From IMG/VR virus record IMGVR_UViG_2654588181_000001: a stretch of DNA of 48,351 nucleotides; one strand, given 5' to 3'. The notes under the pieces are model-generated. The model was not told where the DNA came from. It saw only the letters and a program-made list of their open reading frames with translations, and did not search any database. The DNA comes from a virus (lineage: Duplodnaviria; Heunggongvirae; Uroviricota; Caudoviricetes). The translations under genes were made by a program, and so were the position numbers. Shown here in pieces: positions 1 through 9,489 of this stretch; within the stretch, counting starts at the first letter, position 1; each line of letters begins with the position of its first letter.

Positions 1-1361
1 TTTACCGTTTCCTGTAAACCGAGGTATTCGATAACGGCAGCAACGGTTGATTTCGCAAGAATATCCCGCCCGACTTTTGTCAGGGTTGCCAGGCTGGCGA
101 CATCATTCCCCGTAAAATACGGAAACTTGTCTGCCGCAGTAGTAAGCCCGGCCAGCGCCGTCAGGGTGGCATCTTTCGGTTGCTTACCCGCAAGCGCGTT
201 AGTCATGGTGGTCGCAAAATTCGGGTCGTTTCCCAGCGCCGCCGCTAACTCGTTCAGCGTATTCAGTGCGTCAGGTGACGAATCTACAAGGGCGGCAATC
301 GCAGCCATAACATAAGCCGTGCTTGCGATCTGAGTATTGTTAGTACCTTTTGGCGCAGTTGGTGTTGTTGGTGTTCCGGTCAGCGCCGGACTGTTCAGGG
401 GCGCTTTCTTGTTCGTTTCATCCATTACCACCTTTATAGCTTTCGATGTCGCGGCCAGTGTTTCAGACGTGCTGTTGGTGGCACTACTGAGCTGAGTTAT
501 TCCCCTTACAGTCAGTGAAGCTACAGGCACATTTGTTATCTGCTCCCACGAATGCGTGTGATTGGACGGAGCCTTTCCGGCCGCAAGATCATACGCTGCC
601 TTAACAGCCTTTGGTGTTGCTGCCAGCGTTTCAGACGTGCTGTTGGTGGCACTACTGAGCTGAACAATCCCTTTTCGCGCTGTGGTAGCGTCCTGTGCGG
701 TGTATTTAGCATTAGCCAGGTCATATGCTGCCTTAACAGCCTTAGGCGTCGCAGCAAGCGTTTCAGACGCGCTATTGGTGGCGCTGCTAAGTTGAACAAA
801 GCCTTTTGAGGTTAAAGTTGCATCAGGATGATTACGTGATTGCTCATGTTTCACAATGGCTTGCTTAAGCCGTTTTGCTGAAACAGCAAGGGAATCATCT
901 GTACCTGCATCAATTTCTTGTTCATTAGCAAATCTTGCCACCCCAACAACAGTTTCGGTCGCGGGAGGATTAATAAACTCAATATCACCAAATGTAATAT
1001 TTTTAGTATCAAGCGTTTTAATTGCTATATCACTTGATATTAAAGCGATAGTAGATGATGCTTTATTTATTATTGCTTGTTCTTGTGAGTATACAGCAAA
1101 CAACGTACCCTTATTCGTATACAATCCTATTGTATGGACAACATACTCATCTTTACTATCATCCTTCGCTGTTACATGAATTGTATCAGGGGAAACAACT
1201 TTGCCACCTATTGTGGTAAGTCGTTTTATTTCGTTTGTTATATTTGTTTGTGAAGTTGACGTGACATAATATCTACTACCTAAACCAACAGAAACAATCT
1301 CAACTTTATTTGTTCCTGTTTTGTTGGCATTAACCAGCTCCTGACGCCCGGCGTCAGTCAT
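1..1361 (-). CDS. tail fibre protein, constant N-terminal part (partial at window edge; continues in frame into 48351..47390 if ends are joined)
   Basis: Minus-strand ORF from ATG at 1359-1361 (MTDAGRQELVNANKTG...) with no stop before position 1; three tandem ~50-aa repeats (GIVQLSSATNSTSETLAATPKAVKAAYDLA); last codons ...AVIEYLGLQETV lie inside the 25-bp inversion crossover repeat; sits downstream of baseplate gpI/gpJ-like genes. Confidence 0.8.
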   Translation of the reverse strand, partial: MTDAGRQELVNANKTGTNKVEIVSVGLGSRYYVTSTSQTNITNEIKRLTTIGGKVVSPDTIHVTAKDDSKDEYVVHTIGLYTNKGTLFAVYSQEQAIINKASSTIALISSDIAIKTLDTKNITFGDIEFINPPATETVVGVARFANEQEIDAGTDDSLAVSAKRLKQAIVKHEQSRNHPDATLTSKGFVQLSSATNSASETLAATPKAVKAAYDLANAKYTAQDATTARKGIVQLSSATNSTSETLAATPKAVKAAYDLAAGKAPSNHTHSWEQITNVPVASLTVRGITQLSSATNSTSETLAATSKAIKVVMDETNKKAPLNSPALTGTPTTPTAPKGTNNTQIASTAYVMAAIAALVDSSPDALNTLNELAAALGNDPNFATTMTNALAGKQPKDATLTALAGLTTAADKFPYFTGNDVASLATLTKVGRDILAKSTVAAVIEYLGLQETV

Positions 1362-1412
1362 CGTAAATAATAATTTACTCACGCTTAATTCCTTGAATTA
1401 ACAAATTGCGAA

Positions 1413-1994
1413 TTAGCACTCGCCAATTAATCGTACATAAGACACAGGCTGACAAGCACCAACAATACCGACACCACCAGAAACATTGGCTGCTTGCGAA
1501 AATGTAAATAATGTTCTTGCCGACTTTGCGCTCTTGATACTTCTTAACGTATCTTCCAACATCTCTTTCGAAGGAACGGCACCATCAAAAGAGTTAATCG
1601 AAGCAACAATTGAGGCTGTATATGGTTCGCCAGGTGGTGATGTTTCAAACCATTCTGTTATGTTTACCTCTCCACCCAAGCTATTTACTACATCTTCAAC
1701 CGCTGCCCTTGTACCCTTTATTCGCTTTGTTCGTATTATTGATTTAAAAACAGAACGCTTTAACGATACAGACCAACTATCCCTCCATGTATCAGCATTC
1801 CATTGCCAAGCTAAATGATCGAGAACAACTGAGTCCAGGTTATCAACAACGCTATATATTTCTGTCTTATATATTAAATTGTTAATTGCTTGTAGTTCAT
1901 CATCAATAGCTTTCGACATAGCTATCACGTTGGGATCTCTAGCTAAGTTAGGAGGTAAAACATCCAACAAGCTAACATTAAAGATATCAGCCAT
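1413..1994 (-). CDS. baseplate assembly protein, P2 gpI-like
   Basis: 193-aa ORF; position between gpJ-like gene and tail fibre; overlaps gpJ-like stop; family call from memory. Confidence 0.7.
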   Translation of the reverse strand: MADIFNVSLLDVLPPNLARDPNVIAMSKAIDDELQAINNLIYKTEIYSVVDNLDSVVLDHLAWQWNADTWRDSWSVSLKRSVFKSIIRTKRIKGTRAAVEDVVNSLGGEVNITEWFETSPPGEPYTASIVASINSFDGAVPSKEMLEDTLRSIKSAKSARTLFTFSQAANVSGGVGIVGACQPVSYVRLIGEC

Positions 1995-3111
1995 CCTCTA
2001 ACCCCGCATACTGGCAATTTATATTTCTCTCTCTGGCGACCTGCGTCTCTCCAACTACAGTAAATACAGGACTTGATATTTCTAATCTTTTAGCCCCGGC
2101 ATTTTTTAAACGTTGAATAATTTCATCTGGATTTATATCTCTTCCCATAACCGAACGTTGCCATTGTTTATACTCATCAAGAGCTTTCTCAACCTCACTT
2201 TGAATTAACGTTGTTCTGTTTTTGTCCGATGAGTTAATCCAGTATTTAATTATTATATCGTATTCAATGCTCTCTGGTTTCTTAACAAGAACTTTATCTG
2301 TGAATGGTCGAATATTAGTTGCAGAGAGAACGCTATTTATCTGCTCTAATAGTTCATCAGAAGGTATATCCCCGTTCTCTAACAAAGAACGGATTTCTAC
2401 AGTTCCGGGCGATGGTGTATATACATTCACATCTTTTATATTCTGATTGGCTGTTCTTGTCCAATATTTATAAGAATCCTCCGGCCCTGCTGTAGACAGT
2501 TTTTCCGGCGACAGTTTTATTCTTTCAGCATAATTATCATCTGACTCTGTATCAGCACCAGAATTAGATGTTGTTAGATTCCTTACGCTGGAAACATACG
2601 GCAACGGAGTCACCAACTCGTTTATTTGCCCAGGTAAAAATCCATTCCCCGATAAGCCAGGTATAACAGCATATCCTGAGACTGTACCAACTGTTTTCCC
2701 AGCTGGTATTTCCAACAAAACATCTGTTTGGAAAATAACACTATTTCCAGTTGAAATTTGAGTGCCAGCAGGTATTGTATATATCCCCGATAATTTTGTT
2801 GACAGATTAAACTCAAATGTAGTCAAGGCAGATTGAGCTTCCAGCCTAGGCGTATCCGTCAGATAGCCTATATGGTCGAGATATTCACCCCCACCATATG
2901 TAAGAAGGTTTTGTTTTGCAGAAAAATCGATAGCTTTTCTTTGCTGTATAATAATCTCACACAATGACAAGATGAATAATCTACGTGGATCAGCAGGTGC
3001 TAATGTTTCACCTGTTATACTCTCAAAAGCCCTGATTGAACGAGTTGTTATATCAGTCGGGTTAGAATCTGCGAAAGTAATATCTGGCAAACCACCGCGC
3101 GGCAACGTCAT
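1987..3111 (-). CDS. baseplate protein, P2 gpJ-like
   Basis: 374-aa ORF in conserved W-J-I baseplate order; overlapping start/stop with neighbours. Confidence 0.75.
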   Translation of the reverse strand: MTLPRGGLPDITFADSNPTDITTRSIRAFESITGETLAPADPRRLFILSLCEIIIQQRKAIDFSAKQNLLTYGGGEYLDHIGYLTDTPRLEAQSALTTFEFNLSTKLSGIYTIPAGTQISTGNSVIFQTDVLLEIPAGKTVGTVSGYAVIPGLSGNGFLPGQINELVTPLPYVSSVRNLTTSNSGADTESDDNYAERIKLSPEKLSTAGPEDSYKYWTRTANQNIKDVNVYTPSPGTVEIRSLLENGDIPSDELLEQINSVLSATNIRPFTDKVLVKKPESIEYDIIIKYWINSSDKNRTTLIQSEVEKALDEYKQWQRSVMGRDINPDEIIQRLKNAGAKRLEISSPVFTVVGETQVARERNINCQYAGLEDG

Positions 3112-3428
3112 TCTCTAACTCCTATCACAAGTTTTGGCCTAATAAAACCATCAGAAACGTCCGTTCTTTCAAAAGTAACAGAATGGATAATCGCTCTAGG
3201 CTCAAACTCACTAATTTTTTGAATTATTTCTCGTGTTGCTGTAGCAATAAAAATTGGGCTAGGGCTATCAACAAGACTTGAATTAACTCCTAATTTTCTG
3301 GCATATGGTACAGTGCCAATCTGAGTATTAATAATAGTAGAGACATTTTGCAATACTTCTTCTACAACTGTTTTGGGCGACCAATCAATCGAGTAAGAAG
3401 GTGATGATATGGTAAACGTATTATTCAT
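3108..3428 (-). CDS. baseplate protein gpW / gp25-like
   Basis: 106-aa ORF, size and position typical of gp25/GPW baseplate wedge protein. Confidence 0.7.
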   Translation of the reverse strand: MNNTFTISSPSYSIDWSPKTVVEEVLQNVSTIINTQIGTVPYARKLGVNSSLVDSPSPIFIATATREIIQKISEFEPRAIIHSVTFERTDVSDGFIRPKLVIGVRE

Positions 3429-3892
3429 AATAATTTACCTAACGCACTTCTAGTTTTTGACTCTATATTGCCAGCAATATCAACTAATGCTTCTTTCAGA
3501 GAGGTCTGTCCGACTTCCTGTAATTTAATGCCGACGATAATCACTCGCGGATTCCCAGTTGGACCGAAATAAGTCCATGATTCCTCTATATCTGTAATTA
3601 TAAAATTACCAAAATACTGAATACCAATTACAACAGGATTTACTTCCTGAATTGATTGCATTGTCCTAAGTAATGAAAGCGCAGCCAATGGAACAATGCC
3701 AAGTGTTGTATCCAACCGCATATTAAAACTAACTTCATCCAGATCTGGACCTATATCCTCCAGAACAGGTTTAAGCCCAATAACATCATGGCGCGCTACA
3801 CGACGCTTTGACGTCCTTTTAAAATTGTTGAACGTATTCACCACTATTGATGAGGCAACAAAAGGCATTGTACCAAGCATACCCACAATCAT
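3425..3892 (-). CDS. hypothetical baseplate-associated protein
   Basis: 155-aa ORF translationally coupled between spike and gpW-like genes. Confidence 0.45.
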   Translation of the reverse strand: MIVGMLGTMPFVASSIVVNTFNNFKRTSKRRVARHDVIGLKPVLEDIGPDLDEVSFNMRLDTTLGIVPLAALSLLRTMQSIQEVNPVVIGIQYFGNFIITDIEESWTYFGPTGNPRVIIVGIKLQEVGQTSLKEALVDIAGNIESKTRSALGKLL

Positions 3893-4509
3893 GCCTGAGC
3901 CTCCGTTGTCGGAGCGTATTCCCCCTGAGCCGTGTGATGGTGGCCTTTAGATTTAATCCCATCAACATCTATATCACCACCAACAACCTTAACATCCCCA
4001 GAAATTGTAGCTGCAACACCTCCAGCAGAAGATCCTTTCATTCCACCTTTGAAGGTTAGTAATCCTTCAACTGTAGCATTTCCGGTAATGATGGTTTCTG
4101 GAGCATCAATAGTTACGGTTCCTGTAGCCTTAACGGTTACATCTCCGACAGCATCAACAAGGAGTAAATTAGATTCTCTGTCTACCTCAATACGAGTTCC
4201 GTTATTAAATCTAATGACGCGTTTATTAACAGTATTAGATGGCGGCTTCTGTGTTTCATCATAAAAACTACCAAGAATAAAACCTTGTTGCGGCCCTGCG
4301 GGATGAAAGATACACAAAACTTGCTCACCAATATCTGGCATCCAGTAATCAGCATTCTTATCCGTATTTTTCACAATAACTGATAACTTTGCCGAAGTGA
4401 CGTTATCCTGATCATCGAAAGTAACTCTTGCTGTAACATCACCATCATCAATATCAGAAACAACGCCAACTCTTATAGTCTGACGTAATAATGTTTCTAA
4501 ATCATTCAT
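3889..4509 (-). CDS. baseplate central spike protein, gpV-like
   Basis: 206-aa ORF with Gly-rich C-terminus (GTVTIDAPETIITGNATVEGLLTFKGG...) typical of gpV/Mu gp45 spikes. Confidence 0.7.
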   Translation of the reverse strand: MNDLETLLRQTIRVGVVSDIDDGDVTARVTFDDQDNVTSAKLSVIVKNTDKNADYWMPDIGEQVLCIFHPAGPQQGFILGSFYDETQKPPSNTVNKRVIRFNNGTRIEVDRESNLLLVDAVGDVTVKATGTVTIDAPETIITGNATVEGLLTFKGGMKGSSAGGVAATISGDVKVVGGDIDVDGIKSKGHHHTAQGEYAPTTEAQA

Positions 4510-4511
4510 AA

Positions 4512-5513
4512 TTAATACCCATTAATTACTCTTCGGACATCAATCGAGGTGGTATAACCACTAGCCCCAATTGAATGCACAGCTTTCGATATAAGATATT
4601 TTCCAGAAAATGAACCGAATCCGTCCAGATTTATAGTTACACCAGCTACCAATCTGGTGTCTCCAACCAATACTAAAGATCCTGTATTTTGATATCTATT
4701 TTTAAGCCGCAAAGCAGCCTTTGCCTTACGTTTTGCTTCATCTAAATTAGCTACCAGTTTTCTTATCTTAAGATTCGACCCATCTTCTACGGATGGATCT
4801 ACCCAAGTATACGAAAGCGACTTTCTTTTTTTAGGTACGCGATATTTGCACGTGCAACTTTTATACAAATCTGTAGATTGTGTGCTAAAGCTATATCTGA
4901 TTATCTCATCAATACCTAACGTAAGCGTAGCGATAGGATCTTTTTGCTCAAACATCTCTTGAGCAAATATTATTAATTGGCTATCAGTGACCTTTAACGA
5001 CAACCCTTCATCCTGGCATAGTCGATGGAGAAATTTTAAATCGCTTTCCTCCATTTGATCTTCACGCGCATAATATGGATTACTATCACCATCAATAAGA
5101 AACAACAGTTCAAGGTTAGCTAATTTAGCTATAGAGGTTGCTATATCTTTAAGAGTTGTTTTTTCCCATGCATTACTTTTTAAATCGCGTCTAATGCCTG
5201 ATGAAACAGGAACAGAAACAGCAGTCACCTCAACAACAGAAGGTGGTCCAGAGCAAGTTATGCCATCTACCTGGAATTTCCCGCACTCAAGGACGATTTG
5301 ATTTATAGGCTTAAAGCTCAAATCAATAAAATCACCCTTTTTAGGTGTCCAGTCTCCAGACCATTTCCCATCATCATTTTTTAATATAATAGAAATATCA
5401 TCGACCTGACCATCTTCATTATCTGTATAAGACATTGACAAAACATCAGGTGACATATGAGCGGTAATATTTACATTCTGATATATAACATCAAAAAGCG
5501 TTTTACGTAACAC
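4512..5513 (-). CDS. tail/baseplate hub protein, gpD (late control D)-like
   Basis: 333-aa ORF between tape measure and spike genes. Confidence 0.7.
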   Translation of the reverse strand: MLRKTLFDVIYQNVNITAHMSPDVLSMSYTDNEDGQVDDISIILKNDDGKWSGDWTPKKGDFIDLSFKPINQIVLECGKFQVDGITCSGPPSVVEVTAVSVPVSSGIRRDLKSNAWEKTTLKDIATSIAKLANLELLFLIDGDSNPYYAREDQMEESDLKFLHRLCQDEGLSLKVTDSQLIIFAQEMFEQKDPIATLTLGIDEIIRYSFSTQSTDLYKSCTCKYRVPKKRKSLSYTWVDPSVEDGSNLKIRKLVANLDEAKRKAKAALRLKNRYQNTGSLVLVGDTRLVAGVTINLDGFGSFSGKYLISKAVHSIGASGYTTSIDVRRVINGY

Positions 5514-5721
5514 TATTGCGTCTCCACGGAGGCAAATTGTTTACTGATATTGGCATAACCGGAGCATCAGGAACTTTAAGAATAATTCCCGCAGAAAAAA
5601 GCACCGTAAAGCGGTGCTCAGTATTAGCATCAATAAGAAGATAAGACAGGTACTCATTACCATACAACTTTAACGCGATACTATCCCATGAGTCCCCTTG
5701 AACCGTTCTATAATCATCCAA
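5503..5721 (-). CDS. tail protein X-like (LysM-like)
   Basis: 72-aa ORF immediately downstream of tape measure gene; VQGDSWDSIALKLYG motif resembles gpX/LysM. Confidence 0.5.
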   Translation of the reverse strand: MDDYRTVQGDSWDSIALKLYGNEYLSYLLIDANTEHRFTVLFSAGIILKVPDAPVMPISVNNLPPWRRNSVT

Positions 5722-8506
5722 AACTTAATCTCCGCTGTTGGAACATATGAGCACTCAATTTCTTCTCAAAATCAGAATATCCCGCATCTAATGCTCTTTT
5801 AGCTGCCGCCTCAGTTTCCTTTGGTGAACCAGCCGGAAGATTGATTACAGGTGAATAGGTTATTCCACCAGTCACAGCATTAACGTTCTGGCGAGGTCCA
5901 GAAGTCCCGGCGGCAGATATCCCGTGAGGTGATAAATTTGATTGCCCGAACTTGGTTGCTATTGCATTCTGTAAGCTGTTATTCCTGCTAACGCCTGATG
6001 CCAGAGTAGTCATTATTGCACCACCTGACTTTGTTAGCTGTGAGAATGGACCTTTTTTCGCGTCAGAGAACGGTAAATACTCACGTACAGAAGAAAAAAC
6101 GCCTTTCACTTCATTAATTAAAGCATTTGCTTTTGATTTTATCCCAGTGATTAACGTCTCAATTATTTTTGCGCCTGACTCACTCCAGTTTATTCCAGAC
6201 AAATAAGCCGTTACAGATTGGAATGCTCTTATAAAGAGTCCAACTGGTGAAAAACGCATAAAAACAGATACCAGTGTATCTATGATTTTCTTTCCTGTTT
6301 CGCTCCAGTTAATACCAGAAAGGTAATTTGTTGTAAGTTTAAATGCTTTAATTAAGAACGGAAGCGGAGACATCCATTTAAAAGCACTAATTAATGTACT
6401 GTAAATTCTTACTCCTGCCGAACTCCAGTTTATGTTGGAAAGATAATCCCATGCTTTACCAAACATAGATATAATCCATCCATTGAGATCAAAGTTTAAG
6501 ATAAAGTTTTTTATAGCTTCAAACGATTTAACTGTATATTCCTTAACAGAAGGCCAAACTCTGACAGCATAATCTCTGATCTTATCCCAGTTCTGATAGA
6601 GCAATATTCCTGCGGCAACCAGCGCAGATATAGCCATCTGAATCCACCCGAAGGGTGTTAGCTTTGTCGCTACAGATAAAGCCAGCATAGCTACCCTACA
6701 CGCTATAACCACACTTTTCATGGTTAGAAACGCACCTGCCGCCATCACAATCTGAGACACAAAATTGGGGTTGTTAGCTACAAATTCACTAATTTTTGTA
6801 ATCAGCGGAACCAAAACACTAAGCGCGGCATTCAAAGCAGGTTGCAAGGCCTGACCAAAACTTAATGATGCATTGCTAGCCTGAATACGTAATTGTTTCA
6901 ATCGCTCCGCATTGTCTTTCGTTATGTTGGCAAAATCGCGGTCAATAACAGCACTTCCAGCACCAAGAGATGTTGCTTTGATTCTCTGGTATTCCTTCCA
7001 GTTTTGAATCATCGGACGAACAAAGTTCTGAACCTGCATATCGCCAAATAGCTCACCAAGTAACTTCTGATCTCCGTTCTTAGTCATTTTCATGACAGAA
7101 TGCATTGCAGCTTCGAATGGATTCTTCCCTTTTTTCTGCGCTGTTGTGACAATTTTATATAAATCTACACCGAAATTTTTCTTTGCTTTTTTTAGTGTTT
7201 CAGGGGAAAGTATTTTCGCCAAAAAGTTGTTCATATTATTAGCAGCCTCATCCGAAGTTGCAGCACCTTTGCGAGCTATCTGCAAAGCTGCCCCCATCGT
7301 CGCGGCGGCTTCTTTACCTCCCATTTTTAATGCCTGGAACTGAGCACCAAGCACAGGAAGATTTTTGGCCATATCTTTAAATTCAAAGTTTCCCTCTTTC
7401 CCTGCCTGAACCAGAATCCCCATTGCAGACTTCATTTGAGATGGATCAATCTTCAATGAGTCACTTAATGTAAATGATGCTTTCGAGACATCGAGGATAT
7501 CAGAGCCAGTAGCTGTAGCTGTTCGCCCAATAGTTAGTAGATTCGCCTGAGCCTCTTTATAATCCTGCCCAGCAGCGACGAGAAAACCCTGAGCGGCCTG
7601 AATATCAGATGCAAACTGGTTGGTGGCCGTTCCGGTAACAAGCATCGCCTGCCCCATCGCCTGAACTTCTTCCGGCTTCATATCTGCCGTAAGACCAATC
7701 ATTTTGTTTTCACGATTGAAATTTGCTGCATTGTTAGCAGCAGCAAATGCACCAGCCGCTACAGCACCAGTTTGTAATCCTGACCTTACAAGTTGACTCT
7801 TTGCCTCACCAAGATGCTCTCGCTTCAATTCACGCTGCCTTTCCAACGCGCGGTTTAACTCCTCCTGAGCACGTTTTACTGCAAGAACATTTTTCCGTGC
7901 TTCAGCCAACGCATTTTTATAGCTGTTAATTTTATCAATACGTTGTTTTTCTAATGCCCGGTTAAGTTCCTCCTGCTGTTTTTTCACTTGCTGAACATTT
8001 GCTCTGGCTAAAGCCAAAGCCGTTCTGTAGCGGTTAACCTGCTCAACGCTACGGACCTGAGCCTCACGATTACGATCAATGCTGGCTTTAAGCTCTTTCT
8101 CTCTTGAGGCCAAAGCTCTGGCAGATGTATCAGCTCCCTGATAGGCAGACTTTAAAGCGGCCAGTTCTTCACGCTGAGAACGTAGTGATGCTCGTAAATT
8201 CGATGAATGTGTTTTTGCCTTCTCAAAGTCACGAAGCATCGCTCTGGTTGGATTGGCCGTGTTTTTTATTTGCTTCTGTAACTCTTCAACGCGAGCGGCA
8301 GCTTTATGATATTCGAGGGCAGTCTGTCCAACCTTTACTTTTACAGATTGTAGCTTTTGAATTTCCCCATGTTCTTTCGTTAATCCAGCAAGCTCGGCAT
8401 TTAATTTAGCAACAGCCTGATTAGCTGTAGTAAAACTTTTGGGGAGAGAGGCGGCAACTTTGCCGCCAATTTCAAAAGCCAGCTTAAAGTTCTTATTGCT
8501 GGCCAT
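5714..8506 (-). CDS. tail tape measure protein
   Basis: 930-aa ORF, coiled-coil repeats (QEELNRALE... duplicated), C-terminal hydrophobic segments, follows frameshifted chaperone pair. Confidence 0.85.
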   Translation of the reverse strand: MASNKNFKLAFEIGGKVAASLPKSFTTANQAVAKLNAELAGLTKEHGEIQKLQSVKVKVGQTALEYHKAAARVEELQKQIKNTANPTRAMLRDFEKAKTHSSNLRASLRSQREELAALKSAYQGADTSARALASREKELKASIDRNREAQVRSVEQVNRYRTALALARANVQQVKKQQEELNRALEKQRIDKINSYKNALAEARKNVLAVKRAQEELNRALERQRELKREHLGEAKSQLVRSGLQTGAVAAGAFAAANNAANFNRENKMIGLTADMKPEEVQAMGQAMLVTGTATNQFASDIQAAQGFLVAAGQDYKEAQANLLTIGRTATATGSDILDVSKASFTLSDSLKIDPSQMKSAMGILVQAGKEGNFEFKDMAKNLPVLGAQFQALKMGGKEAAATMGAALQIARKGAATSDEAANNMNNFLAKILSPETLKKAKKNFGVDLYKIVTTAQKKGKNPFEAAMHSVMKMTKNGDQKLLGELFGDMQVQNFVRPMIQNWKEYQRIKATSLGAGSAVIDRDFANITKDNAERLKQLRIQASNASLSFGQALQPALNAALSVLVPLITKISEFVANNPNFVSQIVMAAGAFLTMKSVVIACRVAMLALSVATKLTPFGWIQMAISALVAAGILLYQNWDKIRDYAVRVWPSVKEYTVKSFEAIKNFILNFDLNGWIISMFGKAWDYLSNINWSSAGVRIYSTLISAFKWMSPLPFLIKAFKLTTNYLSGINWSETGKKIIDTLVSVFMRFSPVGLFIRAFQSVTAYLSGINWSESGAKIIETLITGIKSKANALINEVKGVFSSVREYLPFSDAKKGPFSQLTKSGGAIMTTLASGVSRNNSLQNAIATKFGQSNLSPHGISAAGTSGPRQNVNAVTGGITYSPVINLPAGSPKETEAAAKRALDAGYSDFEKKLSAHMFQQRRLSFG

Positions 8507-8511
8507 TAGTA

Positions 8512-8694
8512 TTAATCCTCATTAAACACATCAATCCATGCGACGATTCGCCTCAACCGAAGCGAAAGCCAGTAGGATATAGGTGTTGATTGAGATGATT
8601 GAGATAGAGAACTCGCGGCCCTCATTATTTGCTTATCAATAGGTTTTTGCTCATCAAAACCTACGAGAGCAAAAAATTCTGTACCTTTTGACAA
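8512..8694 (-). CDS. tail assembly chaperone -1 frameshift extension (fusion product would span 8512..8942)
   Basis: ORF in -1 frame overlapping 3' end of 8661..8942; slippery heptamer T_TTT_TTG on minus strand at 8670..8676. Confidence 0.6.
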   Translation of the reverse strand: MSKGTEFFALVGFDEQKPIDKQIMRAASSLSQSSQSTPISYWLSLRLRRIVAWIDVFNED

Positions 8695-8942
8695 ACTTTA
8701 ACAAAGTCTTTCGCTGGCAATCCATTCAGATACTCTATTGGACGGCCAATACAGCGAGCAGCCAAGGCTGCATGGACTTTATTATCAAGTGATGTTTGAA
8801 CTGAAACATGCCCTTGAGATTGCAGTAAGTCCGATACCTCTAAAATATCACTGCCTTTTAGGTTGTCTAAATCAAGGTTGAGTTCAGTCACCGGCTCAAA
8901 GTCTTCAAAACGATATTCTTTACTTAATTTAACGGTTTCCAT
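8661..8942 (-). CDS. tail assembly chaperone (upstream frame)
   Basis: 93-aa ORF between tail tube and tape measure; ends just after slippery TTTTTTG. Confidence 0.7.
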   Translation of the reverse strand: METVKLSKEYRFEDFEPVTELNLDLDNLKGSDILEVSDLLQSQGHVSVQTSLDNKVHAALAARCIGRPIEYLNGLPAKDFVKVCQKVQNFLLS

Positions 8943-8951
8943 TTTGTCACC

Positions 8952-9473
8952 TTATAAACCTAAATCATCACGAACGCTTTTTAATATATCTTCACCATCA
9001 AAGATACAAATAAAGTTCAACTTATCAATTTCCAAGACTTCTTTTCCATCAATAAATAATTTGATATAGAGAACTTCAAATTCATTCTCTGAATCAGTAG
9101 CCTTTGCCACCTGTAGCGAACCTAAATCCAGTTTTTTAGGGTTTAGCTTCATTGAAGCCCGAATAGGAACCGTTTTATATTTTCCTGTTCCTGCATCATA
9201 AACCTGCTGGCTACCGCGAAAATCTACCTGATGCGATGAGGATAGAAATAATTTTGTACCAGCAGAGGTCAGAGTTCGCCATTTAAGAGAGACAGTCATT
9301 GGTTTGAAATGCCCCAGCGTTCCGCTCTCAAGCTCTCCAGCGATACCTGCACCACTAACAGTTTCTGTCATCATCTCAATTGATGGCAGCTTTGCGTCAG
9401 CAACACCGATAATACGGTTTCCCTCACCGTATACTGTAAAGTTAATAAGTCTCTCAGGAATTTGATTGCTCAA
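8952..9473 (-). CDS. tail tube protein
   Basis: 173-aa ORF directly downstream of sheath gene. Confidence 0.75.
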   Translation of the reverse strand: MSNQIPERLINFTVYGEGNRIIGVADAKLPSIEMMTETVSGAGIAGELESGTLGHFKPMTVSLKWRTLTSAGTKLFLSSSHQVDFRGSQQVYDAGTGKYKTVPIRASMKLNPKKLDLGSLQVAKATDSENEFEVLYIKLFIDGKEVLEIDKLNFICIFDGEDILKSVRDDLGL

Positions 9474-9489
9474 AGCAACCTCCTATTAT

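Noticed and set aside
127-1179. Plus-strand ORFs 127..315, 552..809 and 856..1179, and minus-strand ORF 536..799
   Set aside because: They lie antisense to, or out of frame within, the long minus-strand tail-fibre ORF and have low-complexity Arg/Leu- or Ser/Ala-rich translations. They are shadow ORFs of the repeat-rich fibre gene.
7092-8409. Plus-strand ORFs inside the tape measure gene (7092..7343, 7747..7929, 8104..8409)
   Set aside because: They are antisense to a well-supported 930-aa gene and have no independent signals.
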